The position numbers and the translations under genes were made by a program. DNA of 64,000 bases, taken from positions 1,133 through 65,132 of the forward strand of contig JAJZRG010000014.1 in assembly GCA_021802825.1 (NCBI GenBank). Direction: 5' to 3'. The notes under the pieces are model-generated. The model ran no database searches, was not told where the DNA came from, and saw only the letters and a list, made by a program, of their open reading frames with translations. Origin of the DNA: Chloroflexota bacterium (lineage in GTDB: Bacteria; Chloroflexota; Limnocylindria; Limnocylindrales; CSP1-4). Shown here piece after piece: positions 1-10,364 of the stretch (positions within the stretch are counted from its first letter, which is position 1; each line of letters opens with the position of its first letter).

Positions 1-1302
1 TCGGGGCGATGCGGCGGCCTCGTGCGATGCGTCCGCCTCGAGCAGGGCGGCGGCCTCGTGCGATGCGGCGGCCTCGTGCAGGGCGGCGGCCTCGTGCGAT
101 GCGTCCGCCTCGAGCATCGCCTCGGCCTGGTCAGCGGCCATCCCCACTGCCTCCTCGAGCTCGACCTCCGGGTGCTCGGCCTGGATGGCGGCCACCGCCT
201 CGTCGAGCTCGATGCCCTCGACCTCGTTCACCGCTCGGGCGTCGATGACGTAGCGAACGAGCAGCGTTGCGATGGCGCACAGCGGGATGCTGAAGATGGC
301 CCCCCAGAGGCCAGCCACCTGCGCGCCGAAGAGGAGGGCTACGAGGACGAGAATCGGGTGGAGGCCAACCTCCCGCCTGAGAAGCCGGGGCTGGATCGCG
401 TTCACGAGAAGCGTCTGCGAGACGACGAGGACGGCAACGACGAGCAGGGCCGCGTCGAGCCGGAACGCGACCGCGACGAACACGATCGGGATGAGGGCGA
501 GCGGCGGCCCGAAGAACGGGATGAACATCAGCACGGCGGAGCTGGCTGTCAGGAGGAACAGGTAGGGCAGACCGAACAGCAGGCCGAGCACCAGGGTGAT
601 CGTCGCCTGCACCATGACGAGCACGAGCTGGGCGCGGAGGAACCCGCGGAACGACCGCCCGACCGTGCGCTGGACGAGCAGCAGGGTCTCCGCATGGCGG
701 TTGGGCACGATCCGGCGGACCGTCCCGGTGATGGCCGTCGGGTCCGCGACCGCGTACACGGAGAGCACGACGGTGATGAACAGCGTGCCGAGGACGGCCG
801 CCACGCTGCCCGCGATCGCCTGCGTCTGGTCCGTGAGCCCCTGGATCAGGGCCGGCAGCGCCTGGCGCTGCGCATCCTCGACGAGGGCCGCGAGGTCAAC
901 CGTCGAGCGGTCGAGCCCGACGGCGCGCTGCAGGCCCCCGGCGAGGCCCGCGATCGACGCGGTGATCTGGTCGACCCGTCCCGCGAGGTCCGTCGCCTCG
1001 CGCACGCCCAGCTGGGCGACCGCCATGACGAACAGGGCAAGGCTTCCGATCACCGACCCGTAGGCAGCGCCGATTGCGAGGCCGCGTGGCAGGTGCCATC
1101 GCCGCACGAGGCCATCGACGAGCGGGGTCATCAGGAACGCCAGGAGCCAAGCCACGAAGATCGTCAGGAGCAGCGAGCTGAAGATGGCGAAGACAGTCAG
1201 GACCCGATCGAGGACGGCCAGGCCGAAGAAGAGGGCTCCCGACGCCAGGAAGGCGACGCGCAGGGCGTCGCGGTCGCGCGGTTGACCGATCGGGGGGGTC
1301 AT
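1..1302 (-). CDS. AI-2E family (PerM-like) transporter, runs off the left edge
   Basis: Not in the ORF track because there is no stop in the window. Manual translation from ATG 1302 (GGAGG upstream): MTPPIGQPRDRDALRVAFLASGALFFFGLAVLDRVLTVFAIFSSLLLTIFVAWLLAFLMTPLVDGL. The FVAWLLAFLMTPLV motif and multiple TM segments fit AI-2E. Confidence 0.8.
   Translation of the reverse strand, partial: MTPPIGQPRDRDALRVAFLASGALFFGLAVLDRVLTVFAIFSSLLLTIFVAWLLAFLMTPLVDGLVRRWHLPRGLAIGAAYGSVIGSLALFVMAVAQLGVREATDLAGRVDQITASIAGLAGGLQRAVGLDRSTVDLAALVEDAQRQALPALIQGLTDQTQAIAGSVAAVLGTLFITVVLSVYAVADPTAITGTVRRIVPNRHAETLLLVQRTVGRSFRGFLRAQLVLVMVQATITLVLGLLFGLPYLFLLTASSAVLMFIPFFGPPLALIPIVFVAVAFRLDAALLVVAVLVVSQTLLVNAIQPRLLRREVGLHPILVLVALLFGAQVAGLWGAIFSIPLCAIATLLVRYVIDARAVNEVEGIELDEAVAAIQAEHPEVELEEAVGMAADQAEAMLEADASHEAAALHEAAASHEAAALLEADASHEAAASPR
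9..116. repeat. Imperfect 18-bp tandem repeat encoding (S/L)HEAAA / LEADA units in the AI-2E C-terminal tail
   Basis: Minus-strand translation: MLEADASHEAAALHEAAASHEAAALLEADASHEAAA. Confidence 0.8.
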
Positions 1303-1448
1303 GCGCGACTCCTCCCGAGCTGCGGGGCCAGGCAACCTGGGGCGCCAAGCGGTTCGCGTGTCGTCGGTACTTGCTCGGGGCAAGCGACCCCGGGGAATCT
1401 GGCCGCCAAGTTCTGCTTCGCCCGCATTCGGTGTCGTGCCGGGCGGCG

Positions 1449-1640
1449 TCAGTGGCGGCGGCGGCGCACCGGCCCGCCCGTGAGCCAGTCGAAGGCCGAC
1501 CCCGCGGCCCACGCGAGCAGGCGGAGGAGCCAGTACAGGATCGCCAGTGGCCAGGCCACGATGAGCAGGAGGACCGTGATCAGGCAGCCGTGGTCGCCAC
1601 CCTGCCTGACGATGATGACCTGCGGCCGCTCCCTACCCAC
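1449..1640 (-). CDS. Small membrane protein (63 aa)
   Basis: Hydrophobic core GCLITVLLLIVAWPLAILYWLLRLL, basic tail RRRRH, G-rich SD-like sequence before GTG. Confidence 0.6.
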   Translation of the reverse strand: MGRERPQVIIVRQGGDHGCLITVLLLIVAWPLAILYWLLRLLAWAAGSAFDWLTGGPVRRRRH

Positions 1641-2049
1641 GGGTCACCCCCGCGTGTGGGGCGTCGGTCCCGAGGCGTTGGGCCGGCAGCGCGCGCCAGC
1701 GCCCCGATCCAACCGATCCCAGCCGTTCCGTCATGAGGCCTCCGTGCTGCGGCACGAGCGCCCCTTGGCCGCCGCGTGTCCACGTCGAGTCTGGATTCCC
1801 TCAGGCGTCGCGTCATGACCCGACGTCATCGGCCTGAGGCGACGCGCGCATGGTCGACGTTGGCCTTGGACGACCCCATGACCAGGGCCCCGTTGCGGTC
1901 CGCTCCTTGATCGCGCTCGGGGCCGCGCCGATCCCCGTCAGGCGAGTCAGGCGACGGTCACCGGAACACGATCGATCGAGAGACGGGCGGTGCGCGGTCC
2001 AAGCGCCATCGTGCGGCCCGACCGCCACGCGGGCATGACGACGCGCCAT

Positions 2050-2085
2050 CGGGCTGGTCATCCGCGATCGCGGATGACCAGCCCG
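2050..2085. repeat. Perfect 36-bp palindrome
   Basis: cgggctggtcatccgcgatcgcggatgaccagcccg equals its own reverse complement. Confidence 0.9.
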
Positions 2086-2331
2086 GCACCGCCCCACGGA
2101 GCGGGCACGGGATGACGGACCGTCATGACCGAACGGTCCAGGGCGGCAGACTAAGGGGCGAAAGAAGCAAGGCGCGTGCGCGATCTCGCTCACCACCGAC
2201 GCGGGCCTGACCACGCAAGGCCGCCGCACCGCCCAGCCGCCGTGGTCGGGGGCAGGGCTTCCGCGAGGGGCGACGAGGCGCGCCAGTCCGCCCCGCATCG
2301 ACAGACACCCATCAGTACGGAGCAGAAGACC

Positions 2332-2853
2332 ATGGCAGATCTGGTCGTCATCGGCTACCCGGACGAGGCCACCGCCGAGAAGGCATACGAGGTGGTGGGC
2401 CAGCTCGAGCACGACCTCATCATGCACGTCCACGGGGCCGCCGTCGTGGTCAAGCACGCCGACGGCCGGACCAGGATGGTGACCAAGACCGGGGCCACGA
2501 GCTCCGGCGCGATGATGGGCGGCTTCCTCGGCCTCCTGTTCGGACTCCTCTTCCTCTTCCCGATCGGCGGCCTCATCCTCGGCGGCGTCTGGGGCGCCCT
2601 CATGGGTACGATGCGCGGCTGGGGCATCCGGGATGACTTCCGGCAGCGGACGCAGGACGTGCTCAAGCCCGGCACTGCGGCGCTCGTCCTGTTCCTCGAG
2701 AAGTGGACCGAGGACAAGGCCCTGGCGGCGCTCGCGCCATTCGGCGGCGAGGTGATCAAGACGTCCCTCTCCAACGAAGCGACCGCAGAGATCAACGCCG
2801 CCCTGGAGGCCGACAAGGCCAGCGCGGGCACCCTCGCCAGAGCTTCGCGGTAG
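2332..2853 (+). CDS. DUF1269 family membrane protein
   Basis: MADLVVIGYPDEATA...GAMMGGFLGLLFGLLF glycine zipper...GIRDDF...LKPGTAALVL...GGEVIKTSLS; GGAG upstream of ATG 2332. Confidence 0.85.
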   Translation: MADLVVIGYPDEATAEKAYEVVGQLEHDLIMHVHGAAVVVKHADGRTRMVTKTGATSSGAMMGGFLGLLFGLLFLFPIGGLILGGVWGALMGTMRGWGIRDDFRQRTQDVLKPGTAALVLFLEKWTEDKALAALAPFGGEVIKTSLSNEATAEINAALEADKASAGTLARASR

Positions 2854-3048
2854 ATGGCGGGCGAGGGCGAGAGCGGCCGGAACCGGAATGAGCGCCAGGA
2901 GCACGACCGGGAGTCGCGCGCGTACCAGGCGACGACCGGAAACCCATACCACCTGTCGAGGGCCGTCCGCGGCGCGGCAGCCGTGCTCGCCGTCATCACG
3001 GTGGTCGCGCTGACGGGCCTCTTCGTCAGCGGCACCTTCCACTGGTAA
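2854..3048 (+). CDS. Small protein with C-terminal TM helix
   Basis: ATG directly follows the DUF1269 stop; hydrophobic C-terminus AAAVLAVITVVALTGLFVSGTFHW. Confidence 0.6.
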   Translation: MAGEGESGRNRNERQEHDRESRAYQATTGNPYHLSRAVRGAAAVLAVITVVALTGLFVSGTFHW

Positions 3049-3269
3049 GTCGCACGGTCGAGGTGCCGAGCGTGCCGACCTCGGTCGAGATGTGGCCAGA
3101 CCTTCCGCGACGCCTACACCTCGAGCAGTCGACATCGATCGGCTCCGTCACGACCCTCACGACCGTCGCGCCAAGGACTGCCCAGCGGGTGGTCGGGGAC
3201 GGCTCGCCCATGAAACTGCGCGGCGCGCAGCCCAGGTCATGACGGGACGTCATCCCGCCGACCCCGCAC

Positions 3270-4061
3270 TCAGTCCCGGGTGCGCTCCGCCTCCGGCGCG
3301 CCGCCGCCCCAGCCGGCGTTCGAGAACGTGGGGACGAACCGGTACCCCCTGCCGGGGACGGTCGCGATGAACCGCGGGTGCCGGTAGTCGTTCTGGAGCT
3401 TGACCCGGAGGCCCCGGACGTGCCGGTCGACGATGTTGCTCTCGGCCACGAAGTCGGTGCCCCAGACGGCGTCGAGGATCTCGTCCCTGGTGACGACGCG
3501 CCCGGCCCGGCTGGCCAGCAGGTAGAGCAGGCTCTGCTCGATCCCGGACAGGTGGATCACGGAGGCCCCGGCCCGCACCTCGCGGCCCAGGATGTCGATC
3601 TCGATCTCGCCCAGGCGGATCGTCGGCACCATGGGGCGGTCCGAGCCGGTCGCCCGCCGGGTGATGACGATGGCCCGGGCGAGCAGCTCCTCGGGCGAGA
3701 ACGGCACCGCGAGGATGTCGTCGACCCCGAGGTCGAACGCGCGGAGCTTGGTCCGCAGGTCGCCGCGGCGGGTCAGCCCCAGCGCCGGCGTGGCGCGCTC
3801 GCGCAGCCGGTTCGACGCGCCGAGGCGCCCGAGCAGCGCCGTGCTGTCGTCGTGGTCCATGTCGATGACCGCGAGGTGCGGGTGCCAGTCCGCCAGGATC
3901 GCCTCCGCCTCGGCCAGCCCCCGGGCGGCCCGCACGGCGAACAGGCCGTGGTTCAGGGTCAGCTCGATCAGGTCGACCACGAGCTCGCGGTCGTGGAGCA
4001 CGAGCGCGCGGCGCGCCTCGGTGCTCGGGCGGCTCGCGGGCTCGGCGGGTTCCTGGGACAC
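3270..4061 (-). CDS. OmpR/PhoB-family response regulator with atypical receiver domain
   Basis: Receiver-like LVLHD...LAVIDMD...LGLT...AFDLGVDDILAVPFSPEELLAR; winged helix VTRDEILDAVWG...NIVDRHVRGLRVKL...IATVPGRGYRF; GTG 4061 with GGAG. Confidence 0.9.
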   Translation of the reverse strand: MSQEPAEPASRPSTEARRALVLHDRELVVDLIELTLNHGLFAVRAARGLAEAEAILADWHPHLAVIDMDHDDSTALLGRLGASNRLRERATPALGLTRRGDLRTKLRAFDLGVDDILAVPFSPEELLARAIVITRRATGSDRPMVPTIRLGEIEIDILGREVRAGASVIHLSGIEQSLLYLLASRAGRVVTRDEILDAVWGTDFVAESNIVDRHVRGLRVKLQNDYRHPRFIATVPGRGYRFVPTFSNAGWGGGAPEAERTRD

Positions 4062-4564
4062 AGTCACTCCTGCACTCGGGTGGCGCCCGGAGTATCCCAC
4101 GGGTCGCGGGTGACCGGCAGGGCCAGTCGAAACGAGCGGGACGAGTACATCGCACCGTCGTGTTCGGGGTGAAATGGCCCGCAGCGGACTCCGGTGGCCC
4201 GGATCCAGGACAAGCATGGCGACGCCGGGTTTCGCCCTCGACGAGCGCCGCCTGCGGGGGCTCGACCTTGGCCTTGATCTTCTCGCCAACCAGGAGCGCG
4301 TCGGCCTCGAGGCGGACGTTCCACGCCAGTCCGCACTCGTGGCGCCTCATGGGTCCGCGCGCCGGGAAACCGGCGCGCGGACCGCCCCGCGGGTTGGATA
4401 CCTCGTCAGAGTCGGTCTGGGGGCCGTCCTGAGTCGGCGCCTCCGCTACCTCGGCGCATGAACGTTCGTCATGACGTGGCACCTGGCGCGCCCAACACTC
4501 CAACCGGTGGCATGTCGCGGGCGCGCCTGCGCGAGTCATTCAGGAGTGCGTGACTTAGCTCCAC

Positions 4565-4593
4565 TTGACATCATATATAGTAGACGATACTAT
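4565..4593 (+). promoter_or_regulatory. Sigma70-type promoter
   Basis: TTGACA(4565-70)-N17-TACTAT(4588-93) in an AT-rich patch upstream of the GlsB/YeaQ gene. Confidence 0.8.
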
Positions 4594-4665
4594 TGTGACG
4601 GTCCCCTAGACACCGTGCCAGACTGGCAAGATGGGCTCCAGGGGCCATCCGAAGGACTGCGATAC

Positions 4666-4935
4666 ATGGGAATTCTTGCTTGGATCGTGCTCGGCGCGAT
4701 TGCTGGGTTCATCGCGAATCTGATCATGGGATCCCGCGAGGGCCTAGTGATGATGGTCGTCCTAGGCATTGTCGGCGCAGTGGTCGGCGGGTTTGTCGCC
4801 GGCACCGTCCTGCACGTGGCCGACGTCACGGGCCTCAACCTCGAGAGTCTCGCTGTCGCTGTGTTCGGCGCCGTTCTCGTCATCTTCGTGAGCCAGCGGC
4901 TGGGAGGCCGAAGCAACCTGCGGCGCGGCGTTTGA
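4666..4935 (+). CDS. GlsB/YeaQ/YmgE family (transglycosylase-associated) membrane protein
   Basis: MGILAWIVLGAIAGFIANLIM...LGIVGAVVGGFV...SLAVAVFGAVLVI; AAGGA RBS. Confidence 0.9.
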   Translation: MGILAWIVLGAIAGFIANLIMGSREGLVMMVVLGIVGAVVGGFVAGTVLHVADVTGLNLESLAVAVFGAVLVIFVSQRLGGRSNLRRGV

Positions 4936-5046
4936 GCCCAAGGGCCGCAGCTGCCGCCCTGAAGGGAACGAGATGACGATGACCCACACCCGCTCGCGGG
5001 GCAAGCCAGGTGACCTGTCCTGGCACCGTCTGCACGGAGAGATGCG

Positions 5047-6009
5047 ATGAAGACCCTGGGAACGATTGGAGGGGCAGTCCTTCTGTCCGCCGCCCTGGCC
5101 GGGACTGCGTCCGGCGCGGCGAGCGTGAACCTCGGCACGGCCGAGAGCTTCGCCGTCCTCGCCGGAACCACCATCACCAACACCGGACCCACCACGATCA
5201 CCGGGGATGTCGGGCTGCACCCGGGCACGGCCGTCACGGGCTTCGCGACGGTCACGCTCCACGGCACGCAGCACGTCGGCGACGCCGTCGCCCTGCAGGC
5301 CAAGAGCGACCTGATCACGGCCTACAACGATGCGGCGGGGGCCAAGCCGGTCTCGAGCGTCGCGACCGAGCTTGGCGGCACGACCCTCAAGCCCGGGGTC
5401 TACGCGTCCGGCACGCTTGGGCTGACCGGCACGCTCACGCTCGACGGCGCTGGCGTCTACGTCTTCCAGTCCGCCTCCACCCTCATCACGGCGCCGAACA
5501 GCGCGGTTTCTCTGATCAACGGCGCCTCGGCCTGCAGCGTCTACTGGCAGGTCGGCAGCTCGGCGACGCTGGGCACGACGACGAGCTTCAAGGGCACCAT
5601 ACTGGCCCTGACGTCGATCGCCCTCCAGACGGGCGCAACGATCCAGGGCCGCGCGCTCGCCCGCAACGGGGCCGTCACGATGGACCACAACGCCATCGAC
5701 GACTCGGCCTGCTCGGCACCATCGAGCACCCCCCAGCCGTCGACAGCGCCGAGCTCGGCACCATCGAGCACCCCCCAGCCGTCGACAGCGCCGAGCTCGG
5801 CACCATCGAGCACCCCGCAGCCGTCGACAGCGCCGAGCTCGGCCGGGCAAGGAATGGTCACGCAGCCGCCCACCGACACGGTCGGAGGTGCGCCGGCCGC
5901 GGTCACTGAGCCGGTCCCTACCCCCATCCTTCTGCTCCTCGGCGTCGCGTCGATCGGCTGGGTGTGGTCGATCCGCTACGTCGCCATGCGATCCCGTCGG
6001 CGCGGCTAA
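5047..6009 (+). CDS. Secreted DUF3494 ice-binding family protein with S/T/P linker and C-terminal anchor
   Basis: Signal peptide; VNLGTAESFAVLAGTTITNTGPTTITGDVG, LKPGVY, VFQSASTL, VYWQVGSSATLG, GRALARNGAVTMDHN; C-terminal TM plus RSRRRG. Confidence 0.9.
   Translation: MKTLGTIGGAVLLSAALAGTASGAASVNLGTAESFAVLAGTTITNTGPTTITGDVGLHPGTAVTGFATVTLHGTQHVGDAVALQAKSDLITAYNDAAGAKPVSSVATELGGTTLKPGVYASGTLGLTGTLTLDGAGVYVFQSASTLITAPNSAVSLINGASACSVYWQVGSSATLGTTTSFKGTILALTSIALQTGATIQGRALARNGAVTMDHNAIDDSACSAPSSTPQPSTAPSSAPSSTPQPSTAPSSAPSSTPQPSTAPSSAGQGMVTQPPTDTVGGAPAAVTEPVPTPILLLLGVASIGWVWSIRYVAMRSRRRG
5711..5842 (+). repeat. 42-bp tandem repeat x3 (SAPSSTPQPSTAPS)
   Basis: gctcggcaccatcgagcaccccccagccgtcgacagcgccga repeated three times, one substitution in the third copy. 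Confidence 0.9.
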
Positions 6010-6030
6010 CCCCGCGGCCCGATGACTCCC

Positions 6031-6078
6031 CCGCGGCGCCGGTTCGTCGCAGTCCGAACCGGCGTCGCGGTTCTGTGT
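6031..6078 (+). terminator. Putative intrinsic terminator after the ice-binding protein gene
   Basis: Stem ccgcggcgccggttcg / cgaaccggcgtcgcgg followed by ttctgtgt. Confidence 0.55.
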
Positions 6079-6194
6079 CCGGGATGTGCCGGCGAAGCGC
6101 CGCATCGTTGCCGACGTGACGGGACGGCGCCGCAATGCGCCGATATCGGCCCGTGGAGGTGATCGCGAGCCATCGGCAGATCGAGGCTGCGGGG

Positions 6195-6866
6195 CTAGGT
6201 GGTCGTGTCGGTCCGGGGTCCGGGGTCCTGCGGTGCGATCTGCGCTCCGTCGTCCTCGGCGTGCGCGCGCGCTGTGGCCCCCTCTTCCGCGTCGACGGCA
6301 GCCACGACACCTTCCCAGAACTCGACCGCCGCCCGCTCGTACAGCAGGCCCATGCGAAGGGTTACCCCGCGCCACTGCTCGATCGTCCGGCTGCCCGGTG
6401 CGTCGGCCGGCGGACGCAGGCCCTGGCGCTCCCCGGCCTCGTAGCCCGCGAGCTGCGCCCGGTGCAGGGACACCTGCTCGCGCGCGATGGCGAGTCGGGC
6501 GGTCGTCGGCTCGAGGTCCGCGAAGAAGAGCTGCAGCAGGGCGAGGTCGCGCAGCTCGGTCGGCTGCGTGGCGGGCTCGCCCAGCCAGGCGCGGAGCGCC
6601 TGGCGGCCGGCGTCGGTGATCGTGAACAGGCGCCGCCGCCGTCCGTCCAGCTCGCGTTCCTCGGTCAGGAGCCCAAGCCCGACGAGCCGCGGCGGCTCCT
6701 TGTACAGGAGCGCATGCGGGAACGACCAGAAGTGGCCGATCGTGGCAGCGACGTGGCCCTTCAGCTCGTAGGGCGTCGACGGCCCTTCCCTAGCCAGAAG
6801 GCCGAGGACGAGGTACGAGGTCGGCGTGAGGGACCGGCCTGCCGAGGGGTGCTGCTCGGTCATCAT
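6195..6866 (-). CDS. PadR family transcriptional regulator (AphA-like, with C-terminal domain)
   Basis: LVLGLLAREGPSTPYEL...HFWSFPHALLYKE...RRRLFTITDAGRQALRAWL...LRDLALLQLFF. Confidence 0.9.
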   Translation of the reverse strand: MMTEQHPSAGRSLTPTSYLVLGLLAREGPSTPYELKGHVAATIGHFWSFPHALLYKEPPRLVGLGLLTEERELDGRRRRLFTITDAGRQALRAWLGEPATQPTELRDLALLQLFFADLEPTTARLAIAREQVSLHRAQLAGYEAGERQGLRPPADAPGSRTIEQWRGVTLRMGLLYERAAVEFWEGVVAAVDAEEGATARAHAEDDGAQIAPQDPGPRTDTTT

Positions 6867-6876
6867 GCTCTATAAC

Positions 6877-6899
6877 ATACCATACTCAGCAGATGGTAT
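6877..6899. promoter_or_regulatory. Inverted repeat, candidate PadR operator overlapping the -10
   Basis: ATACCAT-N9-ATGGTAT just upstream of padR; minus-strand TATGTT lies 7 nt before the ATG. Confidence 0.55.
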
Positions 6900-6977
6900 A
6901 TCCGCCAGCTGAGCCGCCTGCCGATGTCGAGACCCGCGGGCGTGCTACCTCGCAGCCCGAGTGACGGCGGAACGGCG

Positions 6978-7009
6978 CGAGCCGGGCTCCCTTCGGATGA
7001 CCCGGCTCG
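6978..7009 (-). terminator. Hairpin downstream of groEL
   Basis: cgagccggg ... cccggctcg inverted repeat ~50 nt after the stop; no U-tract. Confidence 0.4.
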
Positions 7010-7060
7010 AGTTCGCCTGGACCCCGGCTCGCCAGGAGCCAACGGCCACCTGCTGAGTGG

Positions 7061-9128
<2,068 letters not shown>

Positions 9129-9320
9129 GGTGTCAGTCCTTTCGAGGGAGTGCGGCGCGGATCGGGTAGCCGTGGGGCGGACAGCTCCGTCGGTCGCGCC
9201 TGAGGCGCCCGAGCGGCGCGGGCGTCGGCGTCGGGTCACGCCACGCGGCCCCTCTGTGCGGCGACCTCGCGCGGCGCAATGGGGTCATCTGCGGGGCTGC
9301 GTGAGGTCACCTCGGGTTCG

Positions 9321-9746
9321 TCAGACTCCGCCGTCGGCGGGCACGTGTGCCTTGTCCGGGCGGCCGGCGATAGCCGCCTGGATCAGCACGGCGGGCACCA
9401 TCCCGACCACGAACGCCACACGTCGGGCCCGCGTGAAGGACAGGCCGACGCCCAGACCTACCGAGGTGGCGGCCAGGGATCGCAGCGTGGGGTCGGGCAA
9501 GGTCTGGAGCGCGCCCACGGTCCCGCGGGCAGCAGCCCGCGTTGCGCGCGCGGTTGCCGGCAGGCGCGCCAGCAGCCCGACCACGCCACGTCGGCCAGCC
9601 GAGAAGCCGGTCCGGACGCCCGCCACGACTCTCGCCGGACGCGTCTCGACCGCCGAGGCAGAGCTGGCGGCCGAAGCCGGGCCGTGCTGGGTCACGGGAT
9701 CCGACCCGCTGGTGCTGGTGAGGGACTCAAGTTGCGGGTTGGTCAT
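9321..9746 (-). CDS. Hypothetical protein with C-terminal hydrophobic segments
   Basis: GGAGG RBS before ATG 9746; LAATSVGLGVGL and VAFVVGMVPAVLI segments; same strand as groES-groEL. Confidence 0.55.
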   Translation of the reverse strand: MTNPQLESLTSTSGSDPVTQHGPASAASSASAVETRPARVVAGVRTGFSAGRRGVVGLLARLPATARATRAAARGTVGALQTLPDPTLRSLAATSVGLGVGLSFTRARRVAFVVGMVPAVLIQAAIAGRPDKAHVPADGGV

Positions 9747-9857
9747 CGCTTCCTCCGATTGCCTTGACGGCATCCGGGGAAGCGGGGGTTTGACGACCAC
9801 CGCCGGGGTGCGCTCCGGCCACTGCTGTGCCTTGAAGTGGACCACAAGACAGTGCTA

Positions 9858-9887
9858 TTGTCAACTGTAGTGATCCATACCTACTAT
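9858..9887 (+). promoter_or_regulatory. Putative promoter for the XRE regulator
   Basis: TTGTCA-N18-TACTAT in an AT-rich divergent intergenic region. Confidence 0.5.
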
Positions 9888-9901
9888 AGGTGAGACCTCC
9901 C

Positions 9902-10258
9902 GTGGCGCGTTCGATCGGAGCCGTCCTCAGGCTGGCGCGTGAGCTGCGCACCCTGTCCGCCGTCGAGGCAGCCCGGGCTGCTGGCATCTCGGCGGCATAC
10001 TTGAGCCGTCTGGAGAACGACGCCGTCAAGAAGCCGTCGCCGCCAGTCCTCCATCGGCTGAGCGAGGCGCTTGCTGTGCCGTACGCAGAGCTCATGAGGC
10101 TGTGCGGTTACGCTGTCCCCGGCGTGGGGGACGGCGTGCTTGCCGTGAGCGTCGAGACCGCGTTGTTTGCTGACCTCACCGATGACGAGCGGACCGAGCT
10201 GCTCGAGTACCTCGCCTGGTATCGCGCCCGACGCCGATCGGGCCGCATCGCATCCTGA
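9902..10258 (+). CDS. XRE-family helix-turn-helix regulator
   Basis: IGAVLRLARELRTLSAVEAARAAGISAAYLSRLEN...PSPPVLHRLSEALAVPYAELMRLCGY; start could also be 9890. Confidence 0.9.
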   Translation: MARSIGAVLRLARELRTLSAVEAARAAGISAAYLSRLENDAVKKPSPPVLHRLSEALAVPYAELMRLCGYAVPGVGDGVLAVSVETALFADLTDDERTELLEYLAWYRARRRSGRIAS

Positions 10259-10364
10259 CCCTGCCGGAAGGCCGCTCCGCCCGAGCGCAATTCCCCGTCC
10301 CTCTGCCGCAACTGGCCTTCCGTCGCGCTCACGGCGGCCGCGCCCAAACCCGTACTCTTGGATG

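Noticed and set aside
22-1818. 598-aa plus-strand ORF and many similar long ORFs (e.g. 7262-8797, 57215-59533, 60667-63045)
   Set aside because: Antisense or off-frame shadows of real genes, expected at this GC content; no recognisable motifs.
3026-3253. Small ORFs between the DUF1269 unit and the response regulator
   Set aside because: No motif and weak codon bias on either strand; not supportable.
9129-9890. CIRCE/HrcA operator for groESL
   Set aside because: No TTAGCACTC-N9-GAGTGCTAA-like sequence seen.
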